Source: an uncultured Planctomycetia bacterium
GTDB taxonomy: Bacteria > Omnitrophota > Gorgyraeia > JABMRG01
Direction: 5' to 3'
NCBI GenBank assembly: GCA_964634945.1
Contig: CAZWMG010000006.1
Location: 736-64,735, forward strand
DNA: 64,000 bases
Shown: piece after piece, positions 38,206-46,573 of the stretch
Numbering within the stretch: position 1 is the first letter of the stretch
Layout: every line of letters begins with the position of its first letter
Notes under the pieces: model-generated
Databases searched by the model: none
Seen by the model: the letters and a program-made list of their open reading frames with translations, nothing else
What the model was told of the DNA's origin: nothing
Position numbers and translations under genes: made by a program

Positions 38206-38490
38206 TCATTTACTAACCAGCTTAGCGCTGTTAAAGCTGCTGGAGTTTTTGATATACCAGCTCTTGTAGAGTGCGGTAACTACCTTTTGCATTATATCTA
38301 CTTCCATAAAAACCATGTTCTCGCTTACTTCCTCCAACCTTCTTCCGCAGGCAGATACCCTGCGCATCCAAATGTAGCTGTTCCCGCTTGTTGGCGGCAT
38401 CATCTCTTCAAGCGAAGAGGCTATTATCCCGGTAACAAATAAAAAAGGTATTATAAATAAAATCATAAGTATAATCTTATTTATGCTCAT
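38206..38490 (-). CDS. hypothetical membrane protein
   Basis: 94 aa with an N-terminal TM 'IILMILFIIPFLFVTGIIA'. Confidence 0.3.
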   Translation of the reverse strand: MSINKIILMILFIIPFLFVTGIIASSLEEMMPPTSGNSYIWMRRVSACGRRLEEVSENMVFMEVDIMQKVVTALYKSWYIKNSSSFNSAKLVSK

Positions 38491-38492
38491 CT

Positions 38493-38777
38493 TTAGCGTC
38501 TCTTCCTTTTTATTTTGTGCATAGGCTCCGGCAATGGTAGCCTCATAACAGATAGAAGCTTCTTTTCAAGTTCTAATTTGGAATGCACGCCATTGCCATT
38601 AAAATCGTTTACCTTTATAACATCTATAAGCGCTCTTATCACATCTGTTCTTGAGAGCTTGTGCCCAGTTGAAAATAAAGCGTCCTTTGAGAGCCTATCT
38701 ATAAAATCAATCTCATCTCTGGTTAAGAGCGCGACTACCCTGCCGGTATTACCCTGACTTGATAAGTTATTCTTCAT
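38493..38777 (-). CDS. hypothetical protein
   Basis: 94-aa ORF directly upstream of, and co-oriented with, 38206..38490. Confidence 0.3.
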   Translation of the reverse strand: MKNNLSSQGNTGRVVALLTRDEIDFIDRLSKDALFSTGHKLSRTDVIRALIDVIKVNDFNGNGVHSKLELEKKLLSVMRLPLPEPMHKIKRKRR

Positions 38778-39211
38778 ATTTATCTATCCTCCTTAGTTAG
38801 CAGCCTAAGATCTATAAGGCATAAAAAAAGCCCTAAAACATTTAAAAGGTATCTACCTCTTGAAAGTTTTAGGGCTTGAAAAATCAATATCTGATATTTC
38901 GGCAACCCGACTACCGTACCCTTTGACAATTCTGGGTTTAGGCTCGCGGCTTTGCGCCCCGCTCTTTCAAGCGGTTTGCCTTTATCGTTACTTTTTTAAA
39001 AGAACCTTTGTTTCTTCTCATAACAAATATGCCCTACCCTTTACCAAAAGTCAAGGGGTTAGAAGTATATTTTTACATTTCTACACTTTTACACTTTGTC
39101 CATCTCATTAAAATGATCCGTAGCAATCTTCACAGGAACGTACAATTTTACCCAACGTATAAAATTGTACTACACCTGTTCTCAATATTGTTCACACCTT
39201 CTGCCTTCACT

Positions 39212-39279
39212 GCGCAGGTATTTTTGCCATCCACTTATAACAGTAGGCAAAAAAATCCAATGCGCCGCTACAGGCAAAG
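39212..39279. repeat. conserved imperfect hairpin module (copy 1 of 2)
   Basis: 'gcgcaggtatttttgccat[variable ~16 nt]ggcaaaaaaatccaatgcgc..caggcaaag'. The same stem with a different loop recurs at 61860..61927. Confidence 0.6.
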
Positions 39280-39694
39280 GTGCCGACAATATTCTTATTT
39301 AGACATGCATATGATCCTAAAAACCATAAAAAGCAAGGAAATAACGTGCTTAGGGGGTACTGTTCTCACGATTTCACTATTAGCTTGTGTAGTGGTCTTG
39401 AGCAAAACCTTTTTTCTTAAATGTTGCAGTGTATGCTAGCAACATTTAAGGAACCTTCTGGTACAAAGCGACTACTAGCGGTTTGTTACGAATAGCATGC
39501 CTGCCGGCCGGCAGGGTTTTTCCGTATTGTTTAACTATATGGATGAGCAACAAAGCGGAATAAGCAAACATCGCTGGAGTTTGCGAACGTTTTTGTGAAG
39601 ACCACTACGCAAGCATGGGGGGCACGGATTACAACAAAATTTTCTTTGGTTATATATGATTATAAATCAGGTAAGAGGTGAAAAGATGTTGGGA

Positions 39695-40429
39695 TTAAGG
39701 ATTTGTATGTGCCGCGCGCTTCTCTATATACTCTATGACCCCCTCTTGCGTAGCGGGGGAAAGGCCTGTAAAGGCAACGCCCATTCCGGGATAGAGTTCA
39801 GGCTGAAGCATTTTATCAGCGAGCCACATTACAACGCCTTGGAATTCCTTTGGGTCCTGATCTTTTTCAAGCATGATCTCAAGGCGGACATCACTACCCG
39901 GAGGCAGGAGCTGGATGGAACGTATAAAAAGACCTGCGCCGCTTAAATTGCCCATTCTGCCTGAACAGATATGGCCTCCTTTATCAGAACGTGAATATTG
40001 AGCCAGCCTATAAACTATGGGCAAGTCTATATCAAGCCTTAAAAAACGTCGACGCCACTGCTGTTTAAGATCATCTTTCCCCAAAGAATCCACTTTGTTC
40101 GTAAAACTATCGATAGCCTTATCTATGTCAGGGTATATCTCAAAAACATCATCGAGTTTTACTACCCTGAAAATCTCTTCAACATCAAGTATTATGCCGC
40201 ATAATTTCATTATACACTTATTATTTAACGCGTTCTTATAGGTTATAGCCAGTACAGAAAGTCCGTTATAATCTACATGACTAATACCCTTCATATCTAT
40301 GATTATCTTTGAGCTGCCCTTCTCAAGCAAATCACCTACTATCTCTATAAGCTTGGATGAGTTAATATTTATCATGCCCTCTATGTTCAGGACATCGATG
40401 TCATGGAGGCGCTTTACCTTTATCTTCAT
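39695..40429 (-). CDS. STAS-PilZ fusion protein
   Basis: N-terminal STAS-like segment ('IDVLNIEGMIN...KIIIDMKGISHVDYNGLSVLAI...'). C-terminal PilZ motifs 'RRRFLRLD' (RxxxR) and 'GNLSGAGLFI' (D/NxSxGG). Confidence 0.55.
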   Translation of the reverse strand: MKIKVKRLHDIDVLNIEGMININSSKLIEIVGDLLEKGSSKIIIDMKGISHVDYNGLSVLAITYKNALNNKCIMKLCGIILDVEEIFRVVKLDDVFEIYPDIDKAIDSFTNKVDSLGKDDLKQQWRRRFLRLDIDLPIVYRLAQYSRSDKGGHICSGRMGNLSGAGLFIRSIQLLPPGSDVRLEIMLEKDQDPKEFQGVVMWLADKMLQPELYPGMGVAFTGLSPATQEGVIEYIEKRAAHTNP

Positions 40430-40529
40430 CTCCGACTATTCTCTTTTCTTCTCACCAATAAAAAAGGGGGATAGATATCCCCTTTTTTAAAAGCATTATT
40501 TTACCCAATCGAGATTATCCTTAAAAATC

Positions 40530-40904
40530 TTATTCAAACGCCTCTTGGGTTCCTTTTATCGGTGTATTAATACTACCTTCTACCGCAGTATAACCTGTAT
40601 CTACACTTCCCTTGACAGGAACAACAACTACGTCCTTTATCTTCTCAGGCTTACCGGTAACAGTCTCAACCGCGCTAACTCCTGTATTAGTAACTGTTGT
40701 AAGGCCCTGTTCTGTTGTGCGTCCCACTGTTCCTACAGCCTCCTTTGTAATGCTAAAAGGCCACTTCACAAGATCCTTTAAAAACTTTACCGCCTTGTTC
40801 TCCTGCTGCACCTGTTCCTGCTGGGCAAGCGCCCCGCTTACGCAACAGATAGATGCCGCTACAACTAAAATTACAACACAGCATATGCTACCATATCTCT
40901 TCAT
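40530..40904 (-). CDS. small secreted hypothetical protein
   Basis: Signal peptide 'ICCVVILVVAASICCVSGALAQ' and a Thr/Val-rich body. Confidence 0.35.
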   Translation of the reverse strand: MKRYGSICCVVILVVAASICCVSGALAQQEQVQQENKAVKFLKDLVKWPFSITKEAVGTVGRTTEQGLTTVTNTGVSAVETVTGKPEKIKDVVVVPVKGSVDTGYTAVEGSINTPIKGTQEAFE

Positions 40905-40980
40905 ATCGCTTCACCTCTCTTTTTATATATATTAGTCTATATAAACATTCAGCGCAAGCAAAAAATCAAGGATGTGTCAA

Positions 40981-41403
40981 TTATCCGCGCTCGCCTGATC
41001 GATAAATGGTATCACATAAAAACTTCAAAAACGTATTCTTATTATCTTCTTCTATGTCTGTAAAAGCGACACCGCAATTATACATACCTTTCTTATTAGC
41101 AGGGACGGTCCAGACTACCTTGCCATTACAATGAATAGGGTTTGGCGCCTCCGGAGCATACATATCGATCGCCGTATCAGTACCAAAGGTGAGTTTCCTA
41201 TCAACATTTACCATCATGCCGCTGGCACTTACATTTTTCACATGCGCCTTTATTTTTTCAATGCGGCCTTTTTTCTTTATGCTGAATATGGCAGGCACTA
41301 AGACATCTATGCGTATATAGTAGCGCTGTTCCTTGTCACCTGTCTGACGGCTGCTCTTTCTCTTTTCCTTTAGAGAATTTTTAGTATTTTTAATTTTTAC
41401 CAC
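40981..41403 (-). CDS. PilZ-domain protein
   Basis: 140 aa. 'QRYYIRIDV' and 'KNVSASGMMVNV' (DxSxGG-like) are PilZ motifs. Confidence 0.5.
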   Translation of the reverse strand: MVKIKNTKNSLKEKRKSSRQTGDKEQRYYIRIDVLVPAIFSIKKKGRIEKIKAHVKNVSASGMMVNVDRKLTFGTDTAIDMYAPEAPNPIHCNGKVVWTVPANKKGMYNCGVAFTDIEEDNKNTFLKFLCDTIYRSGERG

Positions 41404-41505
41404 TTCACATACCCCTTGAAAAAAAACGAAGAAATATCATTTGTATCTATCAATAAGATATTTACTTCGCTTTTCACAGTATTTAAATATTTTACTCGTT
41501 AAACC

Positions 41506-41859
41506 CTATTTTTCCTCAAATACGAACTCAGGTTGCAATATAGGGCTGTAGTCCTGTGGCATTGGAAAGAGGAATGTTACTGTATCATACGCGCCGGCGC
41601 CTGTTCTTACTACCGCCATGCCAAGGCCCTTTAATGTGCCGTATGTTATACCCATTAAAGGGTTATTGGTATCTACGCTGGTATCATATATATTCATAGG
41701 TAACTCTACCCAACCGGTTACTATATTGACAATACCTCTGCCTAGTTTCTTGCCCATCTTCTCTACAACGCTACCTTCTTCGGCAAATACCGGTAAAGCT
41801 ATCGCCGCAACGCATAACACTACCAAACATGTTATTAATGACCTTGTACCTCTTCTCAT
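41506..41859 (-). CDS. TIGR04073-like (exosortase-system-associated-like) small secreted protein
   Basis: 'KLGRGIVNIVTGWVELPMNIYDTS...GITYGTLKGLGMAVVRTGAGAYDTVTFLFPMP' follows a signal peptide. Confidence 0.5.
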   Translation of the reverse strand: MRRGTRSLITCLVVLCVAAIALPVFAEEGSVVEKMGKKLGRGIVNIVTGWVELPMNIYDTSVDTNNPLMGITYGTLKGLGMAVVRTGAGAYDTVTFLFPMPQDYSPILQPEFVFEEK

Positions 41860-41999
41860 GTCTCTTCCTTTTTTTTAAAATGACTTATATCTCTTGTATT
41901 TTAGTTTAACAACAGAGAAAGCTTTTGTCAAGGCAAAAACCTCCCCTTATAAAAATTGCAACACGACAAATAACTACAAAATCGCTGTTTATAATGATA

Positions 42000-42755
42000 T
42001 CAAATAACCTTATTTCTCAACTGCCCTATATGCTCTATATCAACTACAACGTTATCACCTCTTTGGAGTTCTCCTACGCCCTTAGGTGTGCCTGTGGTTA
42101 TAATATCACCGGGCAGAAGAGTCATTATCCGCGAAATAAAAGAGACAAGATATCCAATATTAAAGATCATATTAGATGTAGGCGAAGATTGGCGCATCTG
42201 GTCATTGACATATAACCTTACTAAAAGATCGGATGGATCTATGCCTGTAACAATGTATGGGCCTACGGGAGCGAAGGTATCAAATGACTTTGCCCTTGTC
42301 CACTGTATATCTTTTTTCTGAAGATCGCGTGCGGTAACGTCATTAAGGCACGTATATCCTAGTATATAATCAGAGATCGACTCCTGCTTAACAGCCTTTG
42401 CTTTTCTTTTTATAACAATAGCCAGTTCCGCCTCGTAATCGAGCCTGGCAATTGACTCAGGATAGATTATATCATCTTCAGGCCCTATAACCGCGGTAGA
42501 GGGCTTTAAAAATAACGTAGGATCCTTGGGCAGATCCATGTTAAGTTCCTTAGCGTGGTCCTTATAATTTAAACCGGCGCATACTATCTTTGAAGGTATG
42601 ACCGGCGCCAGGAGCTTGACCTTATCCACGGAGAGTACCGTATCAGTAAACTGAAATTCATCCGCAAAGATGGAATTCCTAAGAATTCTTATATTGTCAC
42701 CTTCCAGCGCGCCAAAACATATCTTGTTATCATGCTTTATTCTTGCTATTTTCAT
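42000..42755 (-). CDS. fumarylacetoacetate hydrolase (FAH) family protein
   Basis: 'DYEAELAIVIKRKAK' and 'GYTCLNDVTARDLQ...PGDIITTGTPKGVG' are FAH-family motifs. Confidence 0.8.
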   Translation of the reverse strand: MKIARIKHDNKICFGALEGDNIRILRNSIFADEFQFTDTVLSVDKVKLLAPVIPSKIVCAGLNYKDHAKELNMDLPKDPTLFLKPSTAVIGPEDDIIYPESIARLDYEAELAIVIKRKAKAVKQESISDYILGYTCLNDVTARDLQKKDIQWTRAKSFDTFAPVGPYIVTGIDPSDLLVRLYVNDQMRQSSPTSNMIFNIGYLVSFISRIMTLLPGDIITTGTPKGVGELQRGDNVVVDIEHIGQLRNKVI

Positions 42756-42764
42756 ATAAAATAC

Positions 42765-43541
42765 CTACACTTGGAACCTCTTCATATATTCTATATCCAT
42801 TAATAGGTCCTTGTTTGAATGTGGTTCAATTGTTATGACAGGCTTTTCCTTATAAGTATCTATCTCCGCTAAAAAAGGCTCGATATCTAAGGAACCTTCT
42901 CCCAGCACAAGATGCTGATCCTCTTTTTCGTCATTATCCGATAGATGAACCTCGCCTATAGAACCCTTTGGATACATTCTCAAGAGATCTTGCCAGTTCT
43001 CTTTTCCAAATATAGAGTAATGCGCCAGATCAAAACATGCCTTAAATAGTGGATATTCCCTCAATATCGCGATAATCGGCTCCGGGGAGTCATCCTCTGA
43101 GTTCTCTATATATACTACTATATTGTGCTTTTGAGCAACCGCGTTTACATTGGACCAGACCATCTTTGAAAAGTTGAACCATTCATCAAAACGCCTTTTA
43201 TGGTAAACCGGGTCATAATGGCTATGAAGAACAATATCATTGCATCCTAATCCAACACATAGCCTGAGCGCCTCTAAGATGCGTTCCTGCGATAATGCCC
43301 TTACCTTCTTATCTGAGCTGCCCGGGCATATATCCATAAAAGGGCCGTGGATCCTGATTAAGACGCCCATTTCCTTGAAGCCGTTCTTAACGCGTTCTAT
43401 ATCCCGCTGTTTATGGTCATCAATAAACGCGGAATTTATATATAACTCGCAATTTACTTTTAAGTCTAGATAATCATCAAGGCCATCAAGCAGCCTGTAA
43501 ATAGGCATATGAAAATAAAGCCTTTGTGGTGATATATTCAT
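42765..43541 (-). CDS. sugar phosphate isomerase/epimerase (xylose-isomerase-like TIM barrel)
   Basis: 'IVLHS', 'VYIENSEDD', 'FDLAHY' and 'EVHLSDN' match the AP-endonuclease-2 / TIM-barrel pattern. Confidence 0.6.
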   Translation of the reverse strand: MNISPQRLYFHMPIYRLLDGLDDYLDLKVNCELYINSAFIDDHKQRDIERVKNGFKEMGVLIRIHGPFMDICPGSSDKKVRALSQERILEALRLCVGLGCNDIVLHSHYDPVYHKRRFDEWFNFSKMVWSNVNAVAQKHNIVVYIENSEDDSPEPIIAILREYPLFKACFDLAHYSIFGKENWQDLLRMYPKGSIGEVHLSDNDEKEDQHLVLGEGSLDIEPFLAEIDTYKEKPVITIEPHSNKDLLMDIEYMKRFQV

Positions 43542-44080
43542 TTTTTGCTTTCTCTCTGGTGCATAAAGTTATCTCGAATCCGAGTAAATATACTTATATA
43601 TTCATCTGTCCTGTAATCCGGATAGGTGTAATCACAGGGCATAAATCGTTTCTTACGAAACGAGAGAGTAATCTCAGCGTATATACCTTGATCTATATAT
43701 ATCCTGTGGCTATAATCCTTTGTTGATGCCAGAACGAGCTTTGCCGCTGTAATATAACCGGGGTCTATATTAACCGGCCGCTTAAGCTTGCCCTTCATGG
43801 ACCGCGCTAAACGAGCCTCCATATTATTAGTTTTAATCTTTATTGAGGCAAGGCGCGCGGGATCTACAAGCTTATCAAAACTTAAAAATACCCTAAAGAG
43901 GTCTCTGCCTGTATATTTAGCGTAATAAGGCGTACAATCAAAATCGATCATACCGCTCTTGTAATCCAGCCTGCCAAATGCCTTCACCAGTTGTTTTTCC
44001 GCTTGATTGAAAAGAGATTGAGATGAAGAGATAATTCCTGTTATCAGTTTAACGGGGTGGGGTTTTTTAAGCGTACCCAT
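43538..44080 (-). CDS. DUF4416-like protein
   Basis: 'PVKLITGII...FGRLDYKS..FDCTPYYAKYTG..L.RVFLSFDKLVDP..L..IKI.TN..E...NIDPGYITAAKLVLASTKDYSHRIYIDQGIYAEITL...YTYPDY' fits the recalled DUF4416 consensus. Confidence 0.45.
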   Translation of the reverse strand: MGTLKKPHPVKLITGIISSSQSLFNQAEKQLVKAFGRLDYKSGMIDFDCTPYYAKYTGRDLFRVFLSFDKLVDPARLASIKIKTNNMEARLARSMKGKLKRPVNIDPGYITAAKLVLASTKDYSHRIYIDQGIYAEITLSFRKKRFMPCDYTYPDYRTDEYISIFTRIRDNFMHQRESKK

Positions 44081-44084
44081 GAAA

Positions 44085-44657
44085 TCAGAGTCTCTTGACT
44101 TCCCAGACTTCTCTATCTAGTATATGGGCGATATTGTCTATTTCTTTAATAGCGTGATCGATTACTTTTTTAAAATGCAGTGCGTGAATATGGGACTGTT
44201 CCATATCATAAAGTTTTCCACCCATCTCCTTAAGTATATGGTACATCTTCTTAAGCTCAAGCGCCTGCCGGTAATTGCGAAATTTGTTTTTAAGAAAATC
44301 TTTTATCTTTTTACTGTCGCCTCTTTTTATCTTTGTTATGGCGATGCCCATGCCCGGATAATATCCTACCTGCGTTTTCTTGGCAATCCAGGCAACCTGC
44401 CCCTCTAATGTGACATAACCTGAAGCGTCAGGCAGAGGCAATTTTATCTTTAACTCAGTATTAATGGGGAGAGGTTTTTGCATCTTGACAAAGAAGCCTT
44501 TCTGCGTCATATCCTTTGCCTCAAGAAAATAAGCACTCAAGGTATGATGGGTCTTCTTATCGAGCCTATAAACCTTGACCTGTGAACTGACCGCAAGTCT
44601 CTTCGCGTCTCTCCTGTCAACCTTATCAATATTATTTGAAGTGGTTTTTTTTATCAT
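44085..44657 (-). CDS. PilZ-like domain protein
   Basis: N-terminal 'RRDAKRLAVSSQVKVY' (RxxxR) and 'DMTQKGFFVKM' (DxSxxG-like) motifs. Confidence 0.45.
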   Translation of the reverse strand: MIKKTTSNNIDKVDRRDAKRLAVSSQVKVYRLDKKTHHTLSAYFLEAKDMTQKGFFVKMQKPLPINTELKIKLPLPDASGYVTLEGQVAWIAKKTQVGYYPGMGIAITKIKRGDSKKIKDFLKNKFRNYRQALELKKMYHILKEMGGKLYDMEQSHIHALHFKKVIDHAIKEIDNIAHILDREVWEVKRL

Positions 44658-44659
44658 AT

Positions 44660-45067
44660 CTATTTTTTAGTTGGCATAACCTTATCAATAACCAAGGGGT
44701 ATCTTACCTTAAGTTGATCATTTAAAAGCACCTCTACCGCGTACTCTCCCGGGTCATTAAAGCGTATATTATTAAAACGAGCCACGATACGGTGTTTTGC
44801 CTTTATACTAGTAAGGTTAAACTCCGTCTCTTTATCCTCTATCAGCTTGGTATTTCCAGGGGCGACTATCCTGGTCTTTTGCGTGAAATCTCCCACGCCG
44901 CTGCACCAACAGTTCATAACAAATAGCGCCGGATGCATAACGGGAAACGAGGCTGCCCCTATAGTCTCAAAGAGTCCTATAAGCATAAATTTACCGTTAT
45001 CCTCGCGCCTGACATCATCACAGAGGATTGAAAAAAGTAAAGTTGGTTCTATCTGTCCATCTTTCAT
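44660..45067 (-). CDS. hypothetical protein
   Basis: 135-aa ORF separated by 2 nt from the downstream PilZ-like gene. Confidence 0.35.
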   Translation of the reverse strand: MKDGQIEPTLLFSILCDDVRREDNGKFMLIGLFETIGAASFPVMHPALFVMNCWCSGVGDFTQKTRIVAPGNTKLIEDKETEFNLTSIKAKHRIVARFNNIRFNDPGEYAVEVLLNDQLKVRYPLVIDKVMPTKK

Positions 45068-45201
45068 ATTGCAATAATTATATCAATTATACGCCCTATC
45101 CGCAAGTAAAAACAAAAATTGCCCCCATCTATTTAGCCATGTATCTTTTTTAACTTTACAAAGACAACCAAAGCCATATATAATAGGTAAAAGGTAAAAT
45201 T

Positions 45202-46020
45202 ATGTATAAAGCATTCTATAATCTAAATGAAAACCCCTTTAACGTGACAAGTGACCCGCATTTTCTATATATGAGCAAACGCCACAAAGAGGCGCTTGCT
45301 TCTCTTGTATACGGTATAGAAGGGCGCAAAGGTTTTATAGAGATAACTGGCGAGATAGGAACGGGAAAAACCACCCTATGTAGGGCACTGCTTAAAAAAC
45401 TCACCTCCAGAACAAAGACAGCTTTTATACTCAACCCCCGCCTTTCAGGGATACAATTTATGAGGGCCGTCATAGATGACTTTGGTATAATCGTAAAGAG
45501 CAACACTAAAGTCGAGATGATAAAGGCGCTGAATCAATTTCTGATAGAACAGCTTCGTGAAGGCAATAACGTAGTCCTTATAGTTGATGAGTCACAAAAT
45601 CTGAGCAAGCCGCTATTGGAAGAGATAAGGCTCTTGTCAAACCTTGAGACCGAAAAAGAGAAACTCTTGCAGATTGTGCTTGTGGGCCAGCCCGAACTTA
45701 AGGTAAAACTATCTTCTCCTGAGCTGGCGCAATTAAGGCAAAGGATAGCTGTAAGATATCATATCCTTCCTATTGAAAAATCTGACATAGAAAACTATAT
45801 CAGCCGCAGGCTTGAAGTTGCCGGCGCGAAACCCAACAGCATAACCTGGAGTGACGACGCCATAGATGAACTATACAACTATTCAAAAGGAGTTCCCAGG
45901 CTTATGAATGTAGTCTGTGACAGAAGCATGCTCTTAGGCTATGTGCAAGAGATAAAAGACTTTCGTGGAAATACAATCATAAGGGCTATCTCTGAAATAG
46001 AAAATACGGTGCTCCAATGA
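45202..46020 (+). CDS. ExeA/GspA-family AAA ATPase (general-secretion / PEP-CTERM-locus type)
   Basis: 'NPFNVTSDPHFLYMSKRHKEALASLVYGIEGRKGFIEITGEIGTGKTTLCRAL' and 'LIVDESQNL...LLSN..T.....LQIVLVGQPEL' are ExeA hallmarks. Confidence 0.7.
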   Translation: MYKAFYNLNENPFNVTSDPHFLYMSKRHKEALASLVYGIEGRKGFIEITGEIGTGKTTLCRALLKKLTSRTKTAFILNPRLSGIQFMRAVIDDFGIIVKSNTKVEMIKALNQFLIEQLREGNNVVLIVDESQNLSKPLLEEIRLLSNLETEKEKLLQIVLVGQPELKVKLSSPELAQLRQRIAVRYHILPIEKSDIENYISRRLEVAGAKPNSITWSDDAIDELYNYSKGVPRLMNVVCDRSMLLGYVQEIKDFRGNTIIRAISEIENTVLQ

Positions 46021-46565
46021 GTATTATAAACGACGCGTTAAACAAGGCGATCCAGGAAAAAGATGTAAAGCCGGAGACTAAAAGCAAAACACCTCCCGCA
46101 TCCGGGCCCACAGCTCTTAACGAGACTCTGAATAAAGAATCCTCTCAAGAAAACAATGCAAATAATAAAGAGCCCTCTAAGACAAAAAGCCTCAAGTTCC
46201 ATTTGCTTGTCTATATTATCAGCCTCTTTGCAATTGCACTCATCGGATTCGCGATATTTAAATATGTCAACACCTATAATTACCGCTCTGAGATGGTATC
46301 CATATCAGAGGCTGATAAGGCATCTGGTCTATCTGTTATAACCACCGGTAAAAAGCGCGCTGAGGCCTCTCCATATACCGGAAGCGATGCATCGGGATTC
46401 TTATTAACCGGCATTATTCATGGAGAAGGCGCTTCTATGGCTATTATAAATGGTTCTGTCTATATGGCGGGTGATATAGTAGGCTCCGCGAAGATCGCGA
46501 AGATAAATGAGAATACGGTTATTGTTGAAGATGGCTCGAGAGTGCTGGAACTGAAGGTTAAGTAG
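46017..46565 (+). CDS. GspB/ExeB-like membrane protein
   Basis: Translationally coupled to the ExeA-like gene (4-nt overlap). 'MSIINDALNKA' N-terminus, a Pro/Thr-rich linker, a single TM and a periplasmic beta-rich C-terminus. Confidence 0.45.
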   Translation: MSIINDALNKAIQEKDVKPETKSKTPPASGPTALNETLNKESSQENNANNKEPSKTKSLKFHLLVYIISLFAIALIGFAIFKYVNTYNYRSEMVSISEADKASGLSVITTGKKRAEASPYTGSDASGFLLTGIIHGEGASMAIINGSVYMAGDIVGSAKIAKINENTVIVEDGSRVLELKVK

Positions 46566-46573
46566 GTCCTTTT

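Noticed and set aside
38860-39439. ORFs 38860..39111 and 39008..39439 inside the 900-bp gap
   Set aside because: Low-complexity, overlapping translations with no RBS and many inverted repeats. They are more consistent with a non-coding region.
38778-39694. tmRNA, RNase P RNA or SRP RNA in the long gap
   Set aside because: I looked for the hallmarks (GGUUCGA-type T-loop plus CCA end for tmRNA, the 'AGGAAAGUCCGG' / 'AAGGGUGAAA' P4 motifs for RNase P, the SRP domain IV motif) and found none. Only the tRNA-Gly at 61.7 kb has a T-loop signature.
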